A stretch of DNA of 35,425 nt from an uncultured virus (IMG/VR IMGVR_UViG_3300043777_000372) (taxonomy: Duplodnaviria; Heunggongvirae; Uroviricota; Caudoviricetes): the IMG/VR virus record IMGVR_UViG_3300043777_000372. The stretch is one strand, 5' to 3'. Under the pieces are notes generated by a model. It was not told where the DNA came from, did no database searches, and saw only the letters and a program-made list of their open reading frames with translations. The translations under genes and the position numbers were made by a program. Positions 26,518-34,813 of this stretch are shown in pieces (the first letter of the stretch is position 1; each line of letters begins with the position of its first letter).

Positions 26518-27464
26518 CGAACAGCGAACGGGAGAGACACGAAGACGCGCTCGCTCATGCGAATGCCGTGTCGGGCCTCGACGATTCGATCGCGGACGCA
26601 CTCGATCGAATCGCGCAAACCCGTTCACCGGTGACCCGGCGCGAAGCGGTGCCGGCAACGGGGGAGATCACGTCGCGCGCATGCCCGGAGCACGGGGGTG
26701 GTCCGTGCGAGTGCGTTGGGAGCTTGCCGTATGAGAAAACCGTCCCGGTGGCCTTGGAGATTCCTGATTCCTTCGGAGCGATGGGCAGGGCGCTCGCCGA
26801 CCACGTCAACGAGCTGTGGCGGCAGATGTTCAAGGCGATGCAATTGGAGGAGGCGATGATGGGTATCCCGATGACGAGCAAGCAGATCACCGAGGCGGTC
26901 GAGCGGCTCGAGCAGAACTCCACCGCCATTCACGGGGCGAGCATTGAAAAGCTCGTCGAGCTCGCGAAGACGAACCCGCGGCCCCTGCGCTACCACGTGC
27001 ACGACCGCGGGGCGATCATCGACGCGTGTTGGGAGGAGGTGAAGCGTTACGAGGACCAGGCGAGGCACTGCGCGGTGGAGTCGATGCGGGCAACCCTCGC
27101 CGGCAACCACGACGAGGCGCGGGTGTTGTGGAACAACGGGCTGTTCGCGATGCTCGTCGCGACTCGTTACCAAAACGTCGGCACCGCCCTTCTGCCGAAC
27201 AAGCACGAGGAACGAGTCGCCCCGTTCGAGTGCGAGGCGCGCGAGGCGTTCGACAAGGTGTGGGACGGCGACGCGTTGAACCGGGAGTTCGAATACGTCG
27301 TGCTCTCGCGCGCGCAGAACGACCTCGACGTGGTCCGCGGTGCGAATGCTATGTCGCGCGCGGGTGCGGACATGTCGGCCGTCGACTTGTGCGAATTCCG
27401 GATGCTCCCGGAAACGACCCAGAAGGAGTGGCTGAAGAAGTGGAATGACAAGTTCGCGCCGTGA
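26514..27464 (+). CDS. hypothetical protein (316 aa)
   Basis: SD GGAGG and ATGA overlap; coding-like composition from 26514. Confidence 0.7.
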   Translation: MTNSERERHEDALAHANAVSGLDDSIADALDRIAQTRSPVTRREAVPATGEITSRACPEHGGGPCECVGSLPYEKTVPVALEIPDSFGAMGRALADHVNELWRQMFKAMQLEEAMMGIPMTSKQITEAVERLEQNSTAIHGASIEKLVELAKTNPRPLRYHVHDRGAIIDACWEEVKRYEDQARHCAVESMRATLAGNHDEARVLWNNGLFAMLVATRYQNVGTALLPNKHEERVAPFECEAREAFDKVWDGDALNREFEYVVLSRAQNDLDVVRGANAMSRAGADMSAVDLCEFRMLPETTQKEWLKKWNDKFAP

Positions 27465-27468
27465 CTCG

Positions 27469-27696
27469 TCAGAACCGCGAGTGCCGGTAGCTCCACGCCG
27501 GATCCCATCCGAAGCCGACCTCGCCGAGCAAGAAGCTCAGCGCGATGAGCGCGAGGAGGATGCATAGGACGACCCGAGCGGGTTGGGCCACGGGCGGGGG
27601 CAGAAGCCCGACGATCATCATCGCCACCCAATAGAGCAGTCCGAAGACGAGGCAGAGGACGAGCAGGTGAATGAGGAATGCGATCAGTGCGCCCAT
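27469..27696 (-). CDS. small two-helix membrane protein
   Basis: Two hydrophobic helices around LPPP; TAGTTT-N6-ATG upstream. Confidence 0.75.
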   Translation of the reverse strand: MGALIAFLIHLLVLCLVFGLLYWVAMMIVGLLPPPVAQPARVVLCILLALIALSFLLGEVGFGWDPAWSYRHSRF

Positions 27697-27812
27697 TCCC
27701 CGAAACTACAGCAAGCCTTGTGCCCTTCGCACCGCACGAGACTCGCGCCACGATGCGCGACGGACTCAACCGCTGGATTGGAGGCGGGTTGCCACGGGCG
27801 TTGCGAATCGCC

Positions 27813-28250
27813 TCACCAGGGGTAGGAGTTCAACGCCTTCGGGGAATGCACCGCCGCGGGTGGAGCCACGGGGGGCGGTGGCGCTGCGGAGGCGGGAGCG
27901 ACGACATGCACGATCTTCAACGTCACGGGGGCAGTGGGAGCCGCGGGCTTCACGGCGATGGTCGGAGCGATCGCGGGCACGCCGGCGTCGGTGGGCACGG
28001 GCGCCGAGGTTTCGATGACCGTGTGCTCTTTCACGTACTCCTCGACGTACGCGCGTAGCGCCACGACGTCGGTGTGGTCTTTCCTTTGCGCTTCCTGCAT
28101 CTCGACGAGGATCGAGATGGTGTCGCCGTATGATGCTTTCGCGGCCACCTCGGGGGGCTTGTGGACGGCGCCGTAGACCGCGGTGAACCCGATGCACGAG
28201 GCCCCGATGACCTTGGCGATGCCGTAGAGCGTTCGCTTGTCGAGGATCAT
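27813..28250 (-). CDS. membrane-anchored protein with Pro/Ala-rich tail
   Basis: N-terminal hydrophobic segment; TAAGCT-N6-ATG next to palindrome 28268. Confidence 0.7.
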   Translation of the reverse strand: MILDKRTLYGIAKVIGASCIGFTAVYGAVHKPPEVAAKASYGDTISILVEMQEAQRKDHTDVVALRAYVEEYVKEHTVIETSAPVPTDAGVPAIAPTIAVKPAAPTAPVTLKIVHVVAPASAAPPPPVAPPAAVHSPKALNSYPW

Positions 28251-28267
28251 CGGATGAGCTTACGGCG

Positions 28268-28289
28268 AAAGTGAGGTCGACCTCACTTT
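28268..28289. repeat. 22-bp palindrome, perfect copy (extends to 26 bp, 28266-28291), in a divergent promoter
   Basis: 5 nt to TAAGCT(-); 11 nt to CATGGT(+)-N7-ATG 28314. Confidence 0.95.
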
Positions 28290-28313
28290 CGTTTCCGCGG
28301 CATGGTGCGGCCC

Positions 28314-28805
28314 ATGTTCACCATTCTTGCTGCCCAGGTCCTCGTGTGGATGACGAAGCTCGAGCCCGTGGCGGGGCACAAGCCTGCGGACGTCGCGGCG
28401 TGGCCCGCGCTCGCGGAGGAGATCGCCGACAGCGCGACGCTCTGGCCGCTCAAGCCCTCGCCGGCGCGCAAGCTCGACCCGACGAGGTACACGGCGGCGT
28501 TGATGGTCGTGTACGCGTGGCACGAGTCGCGGTTCCGGTGGACGCCGTGCACGAAGCGCTGGAACTGCGATCGCAACGGCAGCGCGGGCGCGTTCCAGAC
28601 GGCGAAGTCGTGGGGGTCCCCGGGCGGAGCGTTGACCGTCGACCTGATGCACGAAAGCTGGGCGCGGTGCGGCGAGCTCGACGATACGTTCAAGCTCGCA
28701 GGGTACGCGTACGGACCCGACTGTGATCATCGGCACGACATCGTCGCGCTTCGGGACGCGTCGGCCGAACGGTTGCACCGGATGCCCGTCATCACGACCT
28801 GGTAG
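28314..28805 (+). CDS. lytic transglycosylase/lysozyme-like protein, candidate endolysin (alternative start 28302)
   Basis: ALMVVYAWHESRF (catalytic ES motif) and SAGAFQ (G.MQ-like motif). Confidence 0.5.
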   Translation: MFTILAAQVLVWMTKLEPVAGHKPADVAAWPALAEEIADSATLWPLKPSPARKLDPTRYTAALMVVYAWHESRFRWTPCTKRWNCDRNGSAGAFQTAKSWGSPGGALTVDLMHESWARCGELDDTFKLAGYAYGPDCDHRHDIVALRDASAERLHRMPVITTW

Positions 28806-28822
28806 TGCGGCATCATCGGGAC

Positions 28823-29020
28823 ATGACGCCCGCACGATTGAAGGTCCTGCGCGAGTACGCCGAAGCGACGAGCACGTCCGAAGCGGGCGTGCTCCTGATC
28901 GAGGCGATCGACGCCTACGAGATCGAGAAGCGCCGAGCGGACGGCCTCGTGGTCCGACTCGACGCGATGCGCGCGGGGTCGCGGCAGTTTGTGCGCGAGC
29001 TGGTTGCCAAGCCTCGGTGA
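28823..29020 (+). CDS. hypothetical protein (65 aa)
   Basis: gcggCATCAT(28811-28816)-N6-ATG; GTGA overlap with the helicase. Confidence 0.65.
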   Translation: MTPARLKVLREYAEATSTSEAGVLLIEAIDAYEIEKRRADGLVVRLDAMRAGSRQFVRELVAKPR

Positions 29021-30552
29021 GTGCGGTTCGCATCGCCGTCGGCGCACGGGTGCGCGTGTGGAAGGCCGACCTTCCCAACGAGGTCCGGCTCGAACTCGCG
29101 AAGCTGTTCGAGCACAAGAACCCCGTCCACGAGAAGAAACTCCGGATGCACATCCGGTTTGACCATCGGGTCGAACCGAAGTTCATTCGCACCTGGCGAG
29201 ACGACGGACCGTGGTTGTCGCTCCCGCGCGGGGGGATGCGGCGCACACGCGAGTTCCTTCATCGCGAGGGGCTCGAGCTCCGGGTGAAGGACGAGCGCAC
29301 CGAGGGCTACGCGCCCATCGTCGAGCGGTTCAAGTGGCCCGAGTACCGGCGCGTGTTGTTCCCCGATCAGCAGGAGGCGCTCGAGGCGATGCTCGCGCGT
29401 GAGACTTGCTACCTCCGGAGTCCTACAGGAAGCGGCAAATCGTCGACGTGCCTTGCGGGGATCGTGCGGGTACGAGTGCCGACGATCATCATCGTGAACA
29501 CCGGCGCGCTGTTCAATCAGTGGGTCGAACGCATTGCGGACCCCAAGGAGCTCGGCATCGATAGTCGCCACATCGGCGTCGTCCGGGGAGCTCGGAAGTC
29601 GGTCGGACCGATCACGGTCGCGATGCAGCAAACCCTCGCGCACTTCGCGGCGAGCGATCCGTTCTGGCGCTTCTTCGGGTTCGTCATCGCTGACGAGCTC
29701 CAGCTTTTCAGCGCCCCCACATTCGTCGCCAGCATCGACGCTTTCGTCGCGCGGTACCGGTGGGGCGTGTCGGCTGACGAGCGGCGCGCGGACAAGAAAG
29801 AATTCCTCGCGCACGACCTGTTCGGCGACCTCGCGCTCACGATCGATCGGCTCGACCTGGTCGAGAAGGGTCGGGTGCGGGACGTCGAGATCCGGGTCGT
29901 TCCGACCGGATGGGAAAGTGAGGTCGACCTCACTTTGGGGTCGCCGGGTGAGAAATACCGGATGATGCTCGACGCGATGTCGGGCTGCGCCGAGCGGGAC
30001 GAGATCATCCTGCGCATTGTCGAGGAGGAGCGCGAGCGCGGCGAACAGATCCTCATCTTCAGCTTGCGCGTGGACCACTGCCGGCGGCTCCAGGGGCGAC
30101 TCGCAAACGCCGGCGTGAGCGCGGGGCTGATGCTCGGGGGACCCGAGAACAAGGGCGCCCTCGATGAGGCGGTCGCCGGCATGCGCGCGGGGACGATGCG
30201 TGTTGCCGTCGGCACGGTGCAGGCGGTCGGGACGGGCGTGGACCTTCCGAGCGTCGGCGTCGGGATCGCGGCGATGCCCATTGCGTCCAACCCGCAGTTG
30301 CTCGGTCAGGTCGCTGGCCGCGTGTGCCGCGCCGCCGGCGGCGAGGGAGCGGCGCGGCTGTACTACCTCGCGGACGCGTGCCGCCGGAAGGATTGGCATG
30401 AACTCTTCCACGATGGGCGCCCGGTGCTCGTGAACAACGACGGCAAGTGGATCGACGCGCGGAAGGAAAAGAAACGCGCGAAGGCGATCGCGTATCCCGA
30501 GGCGGCATCATTCGGTCCCTACGGAGGCGATGGGCGATGGCGGACACGGTGA
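29017..30552 (+). CDS. SF2 (DEAD/DEAH-like) helicase
   Basis: SPTGSGKS, IADELQ, GVSA, GTGVDLP and QVAGRVCR motifs. Confidence 0.9.
   Translation: MSAVRIAVGARVRVWKADLPNEVRLELAKLFEHKNPVHEKKLRMHIRFDHRVEPKFIRTWRDDGPWLSLPRGGMRRTREFLHREGLELRVKDERTEGYAPIVERFKWPEYRRVLFPDQQEALEAMLARETCYLRSPTGSGKSSTCLAGIVRVRVPTIIIVNTGALFNQWVERIADPKELGIDSRHIGVVRGARKSVGPITVAMQQTLAHFAASDPFWRFFGFVIADELQLFSAPTFVASIDAFVARYRWGVSADERRADKKEFLAHDLFGDLALTIDRLDLVEKGRVRDVEIRVVPTGWESEVDLTLGSPGEKYRMMLDAMSGCAERDEIILRIVEEERERGEQILIFSLRVDHCRRLQGRLANAGVSAGLMLGGPENKGALDEAVAGMRAGTMRVAVGTVQAVGTGVDLPSVGVGIAAMPIASNPQLLGQVAGRVCRAAGGEGAARLYYLADACRRKDWHELFHDGRPVLVNNDGKWIDARKEKKRAKAIAYPEAASFGPYGGDGRWRTR
29915..29936. repeat. 22-bp palindrome, perfect copy inside the helicase CDS (encodes ESEVDLTL)
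   Basis: Read directly; the reading frame stays open. Confidence 0.95.
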
Positions 30553-30779
30553 GAGTCGTTTGGGGCGAGATGCTCATGGCCCCTCGTCAATTCAACAATT
30601 TCAAGGTCGGCCCGTTTGAGATGACGACGACCGTGGCGCCCGATGAGACGCCCGAACAGGCGATGCAGCGCGCGTATGCGGTGTGCGAAGGGCAAGCGCG
30701 TGCGAGCTACAAGGCGAAGCTCGCCGCGTTCGAGGCAGCCTTCGCCGCGGCGAACGCCGTCGTCGGGGGACGTCGGTGA
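30537..30779 (+). CDS. hypothetical protein (80 aa)
   Basis: GGAGG upstream; overlaps the helicase end. Confidence 0.65.
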   Translation: MADTVRVVWGEMLMAPRQFNNFKVGPFEMTTTVAPDETPEQAMQRAYAVCEGQARASYKAKLAAFEAAFAAANAVVGGRR

Positions 30780-30949
30780 AAGAGCCGAGCCCGTCGTCGT
30801 TCCAAGCCGCTTCGCGTGCGTGGTTCGCGCGCACGTTCGTTCGGTCGTGTTCGTGCGAGGGGTTGGACGTGCGGTTCGAGCGGGGGAAGTTCGAATGCGG
30901 CAAGTGCGGTGCACCGATCCAGCCGGTCGAACCGTGCGGCGTCCGCTGA
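30776..30949 (+). CDS. small Zn-ribbon protein (57 aa)
   Basis: GTGA overlap; CSC...ECGKCG. Confidence 0.5.
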   Translation: MKEPSPSSFQAASRAWFARTFVRSCSCEGLDVRFERGKFECGKCGAPIQPVEPCGVR

Positions 30950-31410
30950 CCGCCGAGAAGCTGCGCGCGCTCGAGCTCGACGAGGCCAGCCGTGCTCTCC
31001 GGGCGTCCTTGCCGAAGCGGAATGGCAAGGCGAGGCGATTCACGAACGCCGGCGTCCAGGCGGCGCGCGCGCAGACGACGTTGATGATCTCCAGCAAGGA
31101 TTTCACGCGGGCCACGGCAGTGCACATGGTCGCGTTGTGGGCGTGGTGCCACGAGGAGGTTTATGGCATCGCGCCGGCGATGACGACGGGCGAGTGGATC
31201 CTCGCGAGCATGGCTGTAGGCGTAGTCGTGCGCGCGGACTTCGACGGCAAGCACGAACGCGTGGTGCCGTTCATCCGTTGGACGTGGGCTGAGGAGCGGC
31301 GCAGCGCGAAGTGGCGGAAGGAGAACGGCAAGCCGATCAACCCGCTCGGGTGGCGTCTGCAGTTCTCGCGGCGGCACGTGGTGAAGTGGCGGGCGAATGG
31401 AGGAAAGTAA
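30934..31410 (+). CDS. hypothetical basic protein in the replication module (start uncertain)
   Basis: Coding-like from GTG 30934. Confidence 0.6.
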   Translation: MRRPLTAEKLRALELDEASRALRASLPKRNGKARRFTNAGVQAARAQTTLMISSKDFTRATAVHMVALWAWCHEEVYGIAPAMTTGEWILASMAVGVVVRADFDGKHERVVPFIRWTWAEERRSAKWRKENGKPINPLGWRLQFSRRHVVKWRANGGK

Positions 31411-31594
31411 CGTGGAGATCCCGACCGACAAGTTGAGTGAGCTGTACGCGCTGGCTAGCGCCGAATGTCGCGGCTTGGAGTATCCGTCGATGCGGTTGCA
31501 GCGGCTCGAGCACGAACTGCGCGAGGCGTGGCTGCGATCGACGTTGGAGGATGCGCGAAAGATCGACGCTGTTTCGACTGAGGCCGCAAAGTGA
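31397..31594 (+). CDS. hypothetical protein (65 aa)
   Basis: Overlaps both neighbours; TGA lies inside the palindrome. Confidence 0.55.
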   Translation: MEESNVEIPTDKLSELYALASAECRGLEYPSMRLQRLEHELREAWLRSTLEDARKIDAVSTEAAK

Positions 31595-31609
31595 GGTCGA
31601 CCTCAACCC
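31588..31609. repeat. 22-bp palindrome (4 mismatches) carrying the upstream stop and the helicase start
   Basis: AAAGTGAGGTCGACCTCAACCC. Confidence 0.85.
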
Positions 31610-33081
31610 CTCCGTCCAAGCCTCCGGGACGCGAGCATGTCATTCGTATCGACCCGGCGACCGAACAGGTCGTACTCGCCGCGATGCTCGTCGACACGGG
31701 CGTGCGTCACCGCCTCGTGCGCGCCATTCCCCCGGAACGCTGGCAGGTGCCCGCGCACAAGGCGGCCGTCGTCGCCCTTGCCGAGATCGACCGTCGCCAG
31801 CTCGAGTACGACCCTGCGGCCGTCGGGCGCCTGTTCCCCGACGTCGACACGAACTACCTCGCCGAGCTCGCCGCCTCCCGTCCCGATCTTCCGACCGACC
31901 TCCCGCACTACATCGAGGCTGTGCGGTGGGACGGATTGCGCGCGGATGCGGTGCGGGGACCGATCGCGGCCCTCCTCGAAAGCCTTGCCGATCCGCTCTC
32001 CGAACCGGCGAAGGTGAAGAGCCTCGCGCGTGCGGTCGGCGAGACGTTCGGAGCGTGGAAGGACCGCGCGCGCATCTTGAACCCGACGGATGTGCTCGAA
32101 GGGATGAGCCGCGAGCTCGACGCGCGACAAGCGGGGCAAGCCGTGTACCCGTACGGCATTCCGGGGATGGATCGGTATCAGGACCAGTTGCCCTCGGGTC
32201 CCACGCACGAGCACCCGTTCCGTCTCGTCCCTGCGGCGAAGCCCGGCAAGATCACGATCATCACGGCGACGTCCGGGGGAGGAAAAACGACGGTCGCGTG
32301 CCGCATCGCACTCGGGCAGGCGCGCTTGCGTCGACGGGTTCTCTACGGGTCGTGGGAGCCGACGGCGTTCGAGAGCTTGGAGCTGCTCGCCGTCATGAGC
32401 TTGGCCGAGGACGGGTTTCCTGTGTCGCGCACGAAGCTCCTCACCGGGACGGCGCCGCCTGAGATGATGCGCGCGGTGAAGGACCGCGCGACGCAGATCA
32501 GTCCGTTCGTGCGGTTCGTGCCGAACCCGTTTCAGCGCTCGACCAAGGGGGACACGAACGACGCGAACCTCGACATCATCCAGCATCTCATCGAGGACAC
32601 CGGCGCCGACGTGTTCATCGCCGACCTTTGGGAGCGGTGCCTCGTCGACGACGATCCGAGCGAGATTCAGCGGGCGCTCTTTCGGCAGCAGGCGATCTGC
32701 GAATCGACGAAGTGCCACGGGATCCTGCTCCAGCAGCAACGGCTGAAGGACGTGGAGTCACGCGTCGACAAGCGGCCGACGCGTGAGGGGCTCAAAGGAA
32801 CCTCGGCCTGGGTCGACATCGCTGACACGATCCTCGGCACCTACCGCCCGGCGCTCTGGAAGGCCGTGCCCGACGACCTCATCGTCGTCGACGTTCTGAA
32901 GCAGCGCTACGCGCCGTGGCCGTTGTCCGTCGAGCTCCAGTGGGATCCCGATCGCGCGTGGTTCGGCGAGGGGACGAGCGTGCCTTACGACCAGCCGAGC
33001 GGGCGTGAGGACCCGGGCGGGATCGACGGGTTCCTCGGTGGCGACACGGGCGGGCGGAAGAAGGGCCGTCGCGGTCGGTGA
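31591..33081 (+). CDS. DnaB-like replicative helicase
   Basis: TEQVVLAAML N-domain, Walker A ATSGGGKTT, FIAD, KRPTREGLKGT and KQR motifs. Confidence 0.85.
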   Translation: MRSTSTPPSKPPGREHVIRIDPATEQVVLAAMLVDTGVRHRLVRAIPPERWQVPAHKAAVVALAEIDRRQLEYDPAAVGRLFPDVDTNYLAELAASRPDLPTDLPHYIEAVRWDGLRADAVRGPIAALLESLADPLSEPAKVKSLARAVGETFGAWKDRARILNPTDVLEGMSRELDARQAGQAVYPYGIPGMDRYQDQLPSGPTHEHPFRLVPAAKPGKITIITATSGGGKTTVACRIALGQARLRRRVLYGSWEPTAFESLELLAVMSLAEDGFPVSRTKLLTGTAPPEMMRAVKDRATQISPFVRFVPNPFQRSTKGDTNDANLDIIQHLIEDTGADVFIADLWERCLVDDDPSEIQRALFRQQAICESTKCHGILLQQQRLKDVESRVDKRPTREGLKGTSAWVDIADTILGTYRPALWKAVPDDLIVVDVLKQRYAPWPLSVELQWDPDRAWFGEGTSVPYDQPSGREDPGGIDGFLGGDTGGRKKGRRGR

Positions 33082-33317
33082 AGATGTACTGGGCACGCTG
33101 GGGTCATTGGGCAGCGCACCTGTTCGAAGACGACAAGCAGGTATGCGGAACCGCGCACGGTCGATTCCGCGGATCGAACCCGGGGCCCGCCCCGCCAGCG
33201 TTTGCAGTGCTCAAGGAATCAAACCTCAGCACGGGAGGCGTGCCGTTCGGACGGGTCTGTTCGCGGCGCCTGCGCTTGTACCGGCGCAAGGGCGCGGCAT
33301 TATCCCGGCGTGGCTGA
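33078..33317 (+). CDS. hypothetical protein
   Basis: GTGA overlap; AHLF...VCG...VCSR putative metal ligands. Confidence 0.55.
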   Translation: MKMYWARWGHWAAHLFEDDKQVCGTAHGRFRGSNPGPAPPAFAVLKESNLSTGGVPFGRVCSRRLRLYRRKGAALSRRG

Positions 33318-33522
33318 CAGTCGCACCGCCGTCGGGAGCATCGTGGACGCCGTGCAGGACGCACGCGACGACTTCCTCCAGTACGAGCCCCCGTGGATGG
33401 ATCCGGGCTACGAGGACCTTCGCATCGCGCTCGATCGGAAGCTCCGAAACGTGCAGCTGGCAATCATCAAGCTGTTCGATGAGGTCGCGAAGGCGCCGAC
33501 CGAACCTCCGGTGCGAGAATGA
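33310..33522 (+). CDS. hypothetical protein (70 aa)
   Basis: Overlaps both neighbours; coding-like from GTG 33310. Confidence 0.55.
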   Translation: MADSRTAVGSIVDAVQDARDDFLQYEPPWMDPGYEDLRIALDRKLRNVQLAIIKLFDEVAKAPTEPPVRE

Positions 33523-33800
33523 ACGATCCGAAGATCATCCGCACAGTCGAGGAGCTTCAGGTGGAGTTTGGCGATTGGCGTGAGCATCCGCACGCGGCCG
33601 CCGCGGCGCCGAGGACGCGGCCGTTCAACCACTCGATCGCGGACTGGGATCATCTTCTCGGCGAGGTCATCGAACAGAGCCGGGCGATCTATGTGCCGCC
33701 GGCGGCCGTGAAGCAGGTCGTCGCGCTTCGGTGGCTCGGGCGCCCCGACGCGACGTGGGCGCGCATGCGTTGGGCGTGGCGACTGTTCTGGCGGTCGTGA
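33519..33800 (+). CDS. hypothetical protein
   Basis: ATGA and GTGA overlaps. Confidence 0.6.
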   Translation: MNDPKIIRTVEELQVEFGDWREHPHAAAAAPRTRPFNHSIADWDHLLGEVIEQSRAIYVPPAAVKQVVALRWLGRPDATWARMRWAWRLFWRS

Positions 33801-34738
33801 GTCGTCGAGTCGACGTCGGTAAGCTGCTCGAGAGTCTCGGCATTCAAGCGCGCCAGCGGGGCGATGAGTGGCGGGCGGTCTGCCCAAACCCCGACCACGA
33901 CGACCACAGGCCGAGCTGGCGCATTGTGGATGACCCTCGGTCGGAACGACATTCGGTTTTCCACTGTTACCCGTGCGGGTTTCGAGGGGACGCGATCACC
34001 CTCGTCCGGATGATGCTCGGGGTCGGTTACCACGCGGCGTGTGCATGGATCGATGAGTTCGCTCCCCCCGAGGAGGGGATGCCGACGGCGAGGGTGGAGA
34101 TTGCTGAGCCCAAGATCTTTCGCATGCCCGCCGGCGTTGCCGACGGCGAAGGCTTCTACGATTGGCCGACGCCGTTCCGCCGGTATCTCGAAGGGCGGAA
34201 CATCCCCGAGTGGCAGGTCGCTCGGTGGGGGCTCGCGTATGCGATCGAAGGGCGCCTTAGCGGGCGCATCGTCATTCCGACTCGGAACAGCGTCGGACGA
34301 CTCCTGAGCTACACGGCGAGGGCCATTGGCGAAGCCACGACGCGTTACCTGACGCCGTCGCGCGAGGAGGGGGCGGACGGGGGCGCCGTGTTCGGCGAGG
34401 AACACTGGGGGCCCACTGGGGGCGTCATCGTCGCCGAGGGAGCGTTCGATGCCCTCGCGTGCGAGCGCGCGATGCCCGGGTGGGCAATCGGAGTGACGGG
34501 TACAGGCGGGACTAGCTATGCGGCGGACCCGCGGGTGCTAATGAAGCTCGGGCGCTTCGACGAGCTCGTCGTCATCACGGATGCCGACGCCGCTGGTGAC
34601 CGAGCGTTCCTCGAGCTCAAGTCTGGATTGCCCGACAGGAAGGTCGTTCGTGCGCGTCCGCCTTCAAAAGAGGAGGACGCGGCGAAGATGGATCCGACGA
34701 AGCTGCGCGGCATCATCGAAGCGGCGAGGCGGCGATGA
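33797..34738 (+). CDS. DNA primase (CHC2 Zn finger plus TOPRIM)
   Basis: CPNPDH.D..PS...FHCYPCG..GD, AEGAFDAL and TDADAAG motifs. Confidence 0.9.
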   Translation: MSRRVDVGKLLESLGIQARQRGDEWRAVCPNPDHDDHRPSWRIVDDPRSERHSVFHCYPCGFRGDAITLVRMMLGVGYHAACAWIDEFAPPEEGMPTARVEIAEPKIFRMPAGVADGEGFYDWPTPFRRYLEGRNIPEWQVARWGLAYAIEGRLSGRIVIPTRNSVGRLLSYTARAIGEATTRYLTPSREEGADGGAVFGEEHWGPTGGVIVAEGAFDALACERAMPGWAIGVTGTGGTSYAADPRVLMKLGRFDELVVITDADAAGDRAFLELKSGLPDRKVVRARPPSKEEDAAKMDPTKLRGIIEAARRR

Positions 34739-34813
34739 GACACTTCGAGTGACGATGCGACGACGACATTCCCATTCCTGCGCGCGCGGCGAAACCACGA
34801 AGGAGACAGGACG

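Noticed and set aside
3470..31609. Palindrome copies as a CRISPR array
   Set aside because: Copies are 0.5-4 kb apart with whole genes between them; no cas genes.
3470..31609. Palindrome as parS, integron attC or MITE/IS end
   Set aside because: No match to the parS consensus TGTTTCACGTGAAACA or to attC RYYYAAC/GTTRRRY ends; no consistent target-site duplication; no recombinase or transposase in the window.
3641..32739. Long opposite-strand or alternate-frame ORFs (e.g. 3641-5581, 8402-10480, 17607-19268, 19611-21371, 28915-30411, 31603-32739)
   Set aside because: Arg/Pro/His-rich shadows of real genes, expected in high-GC DNA.
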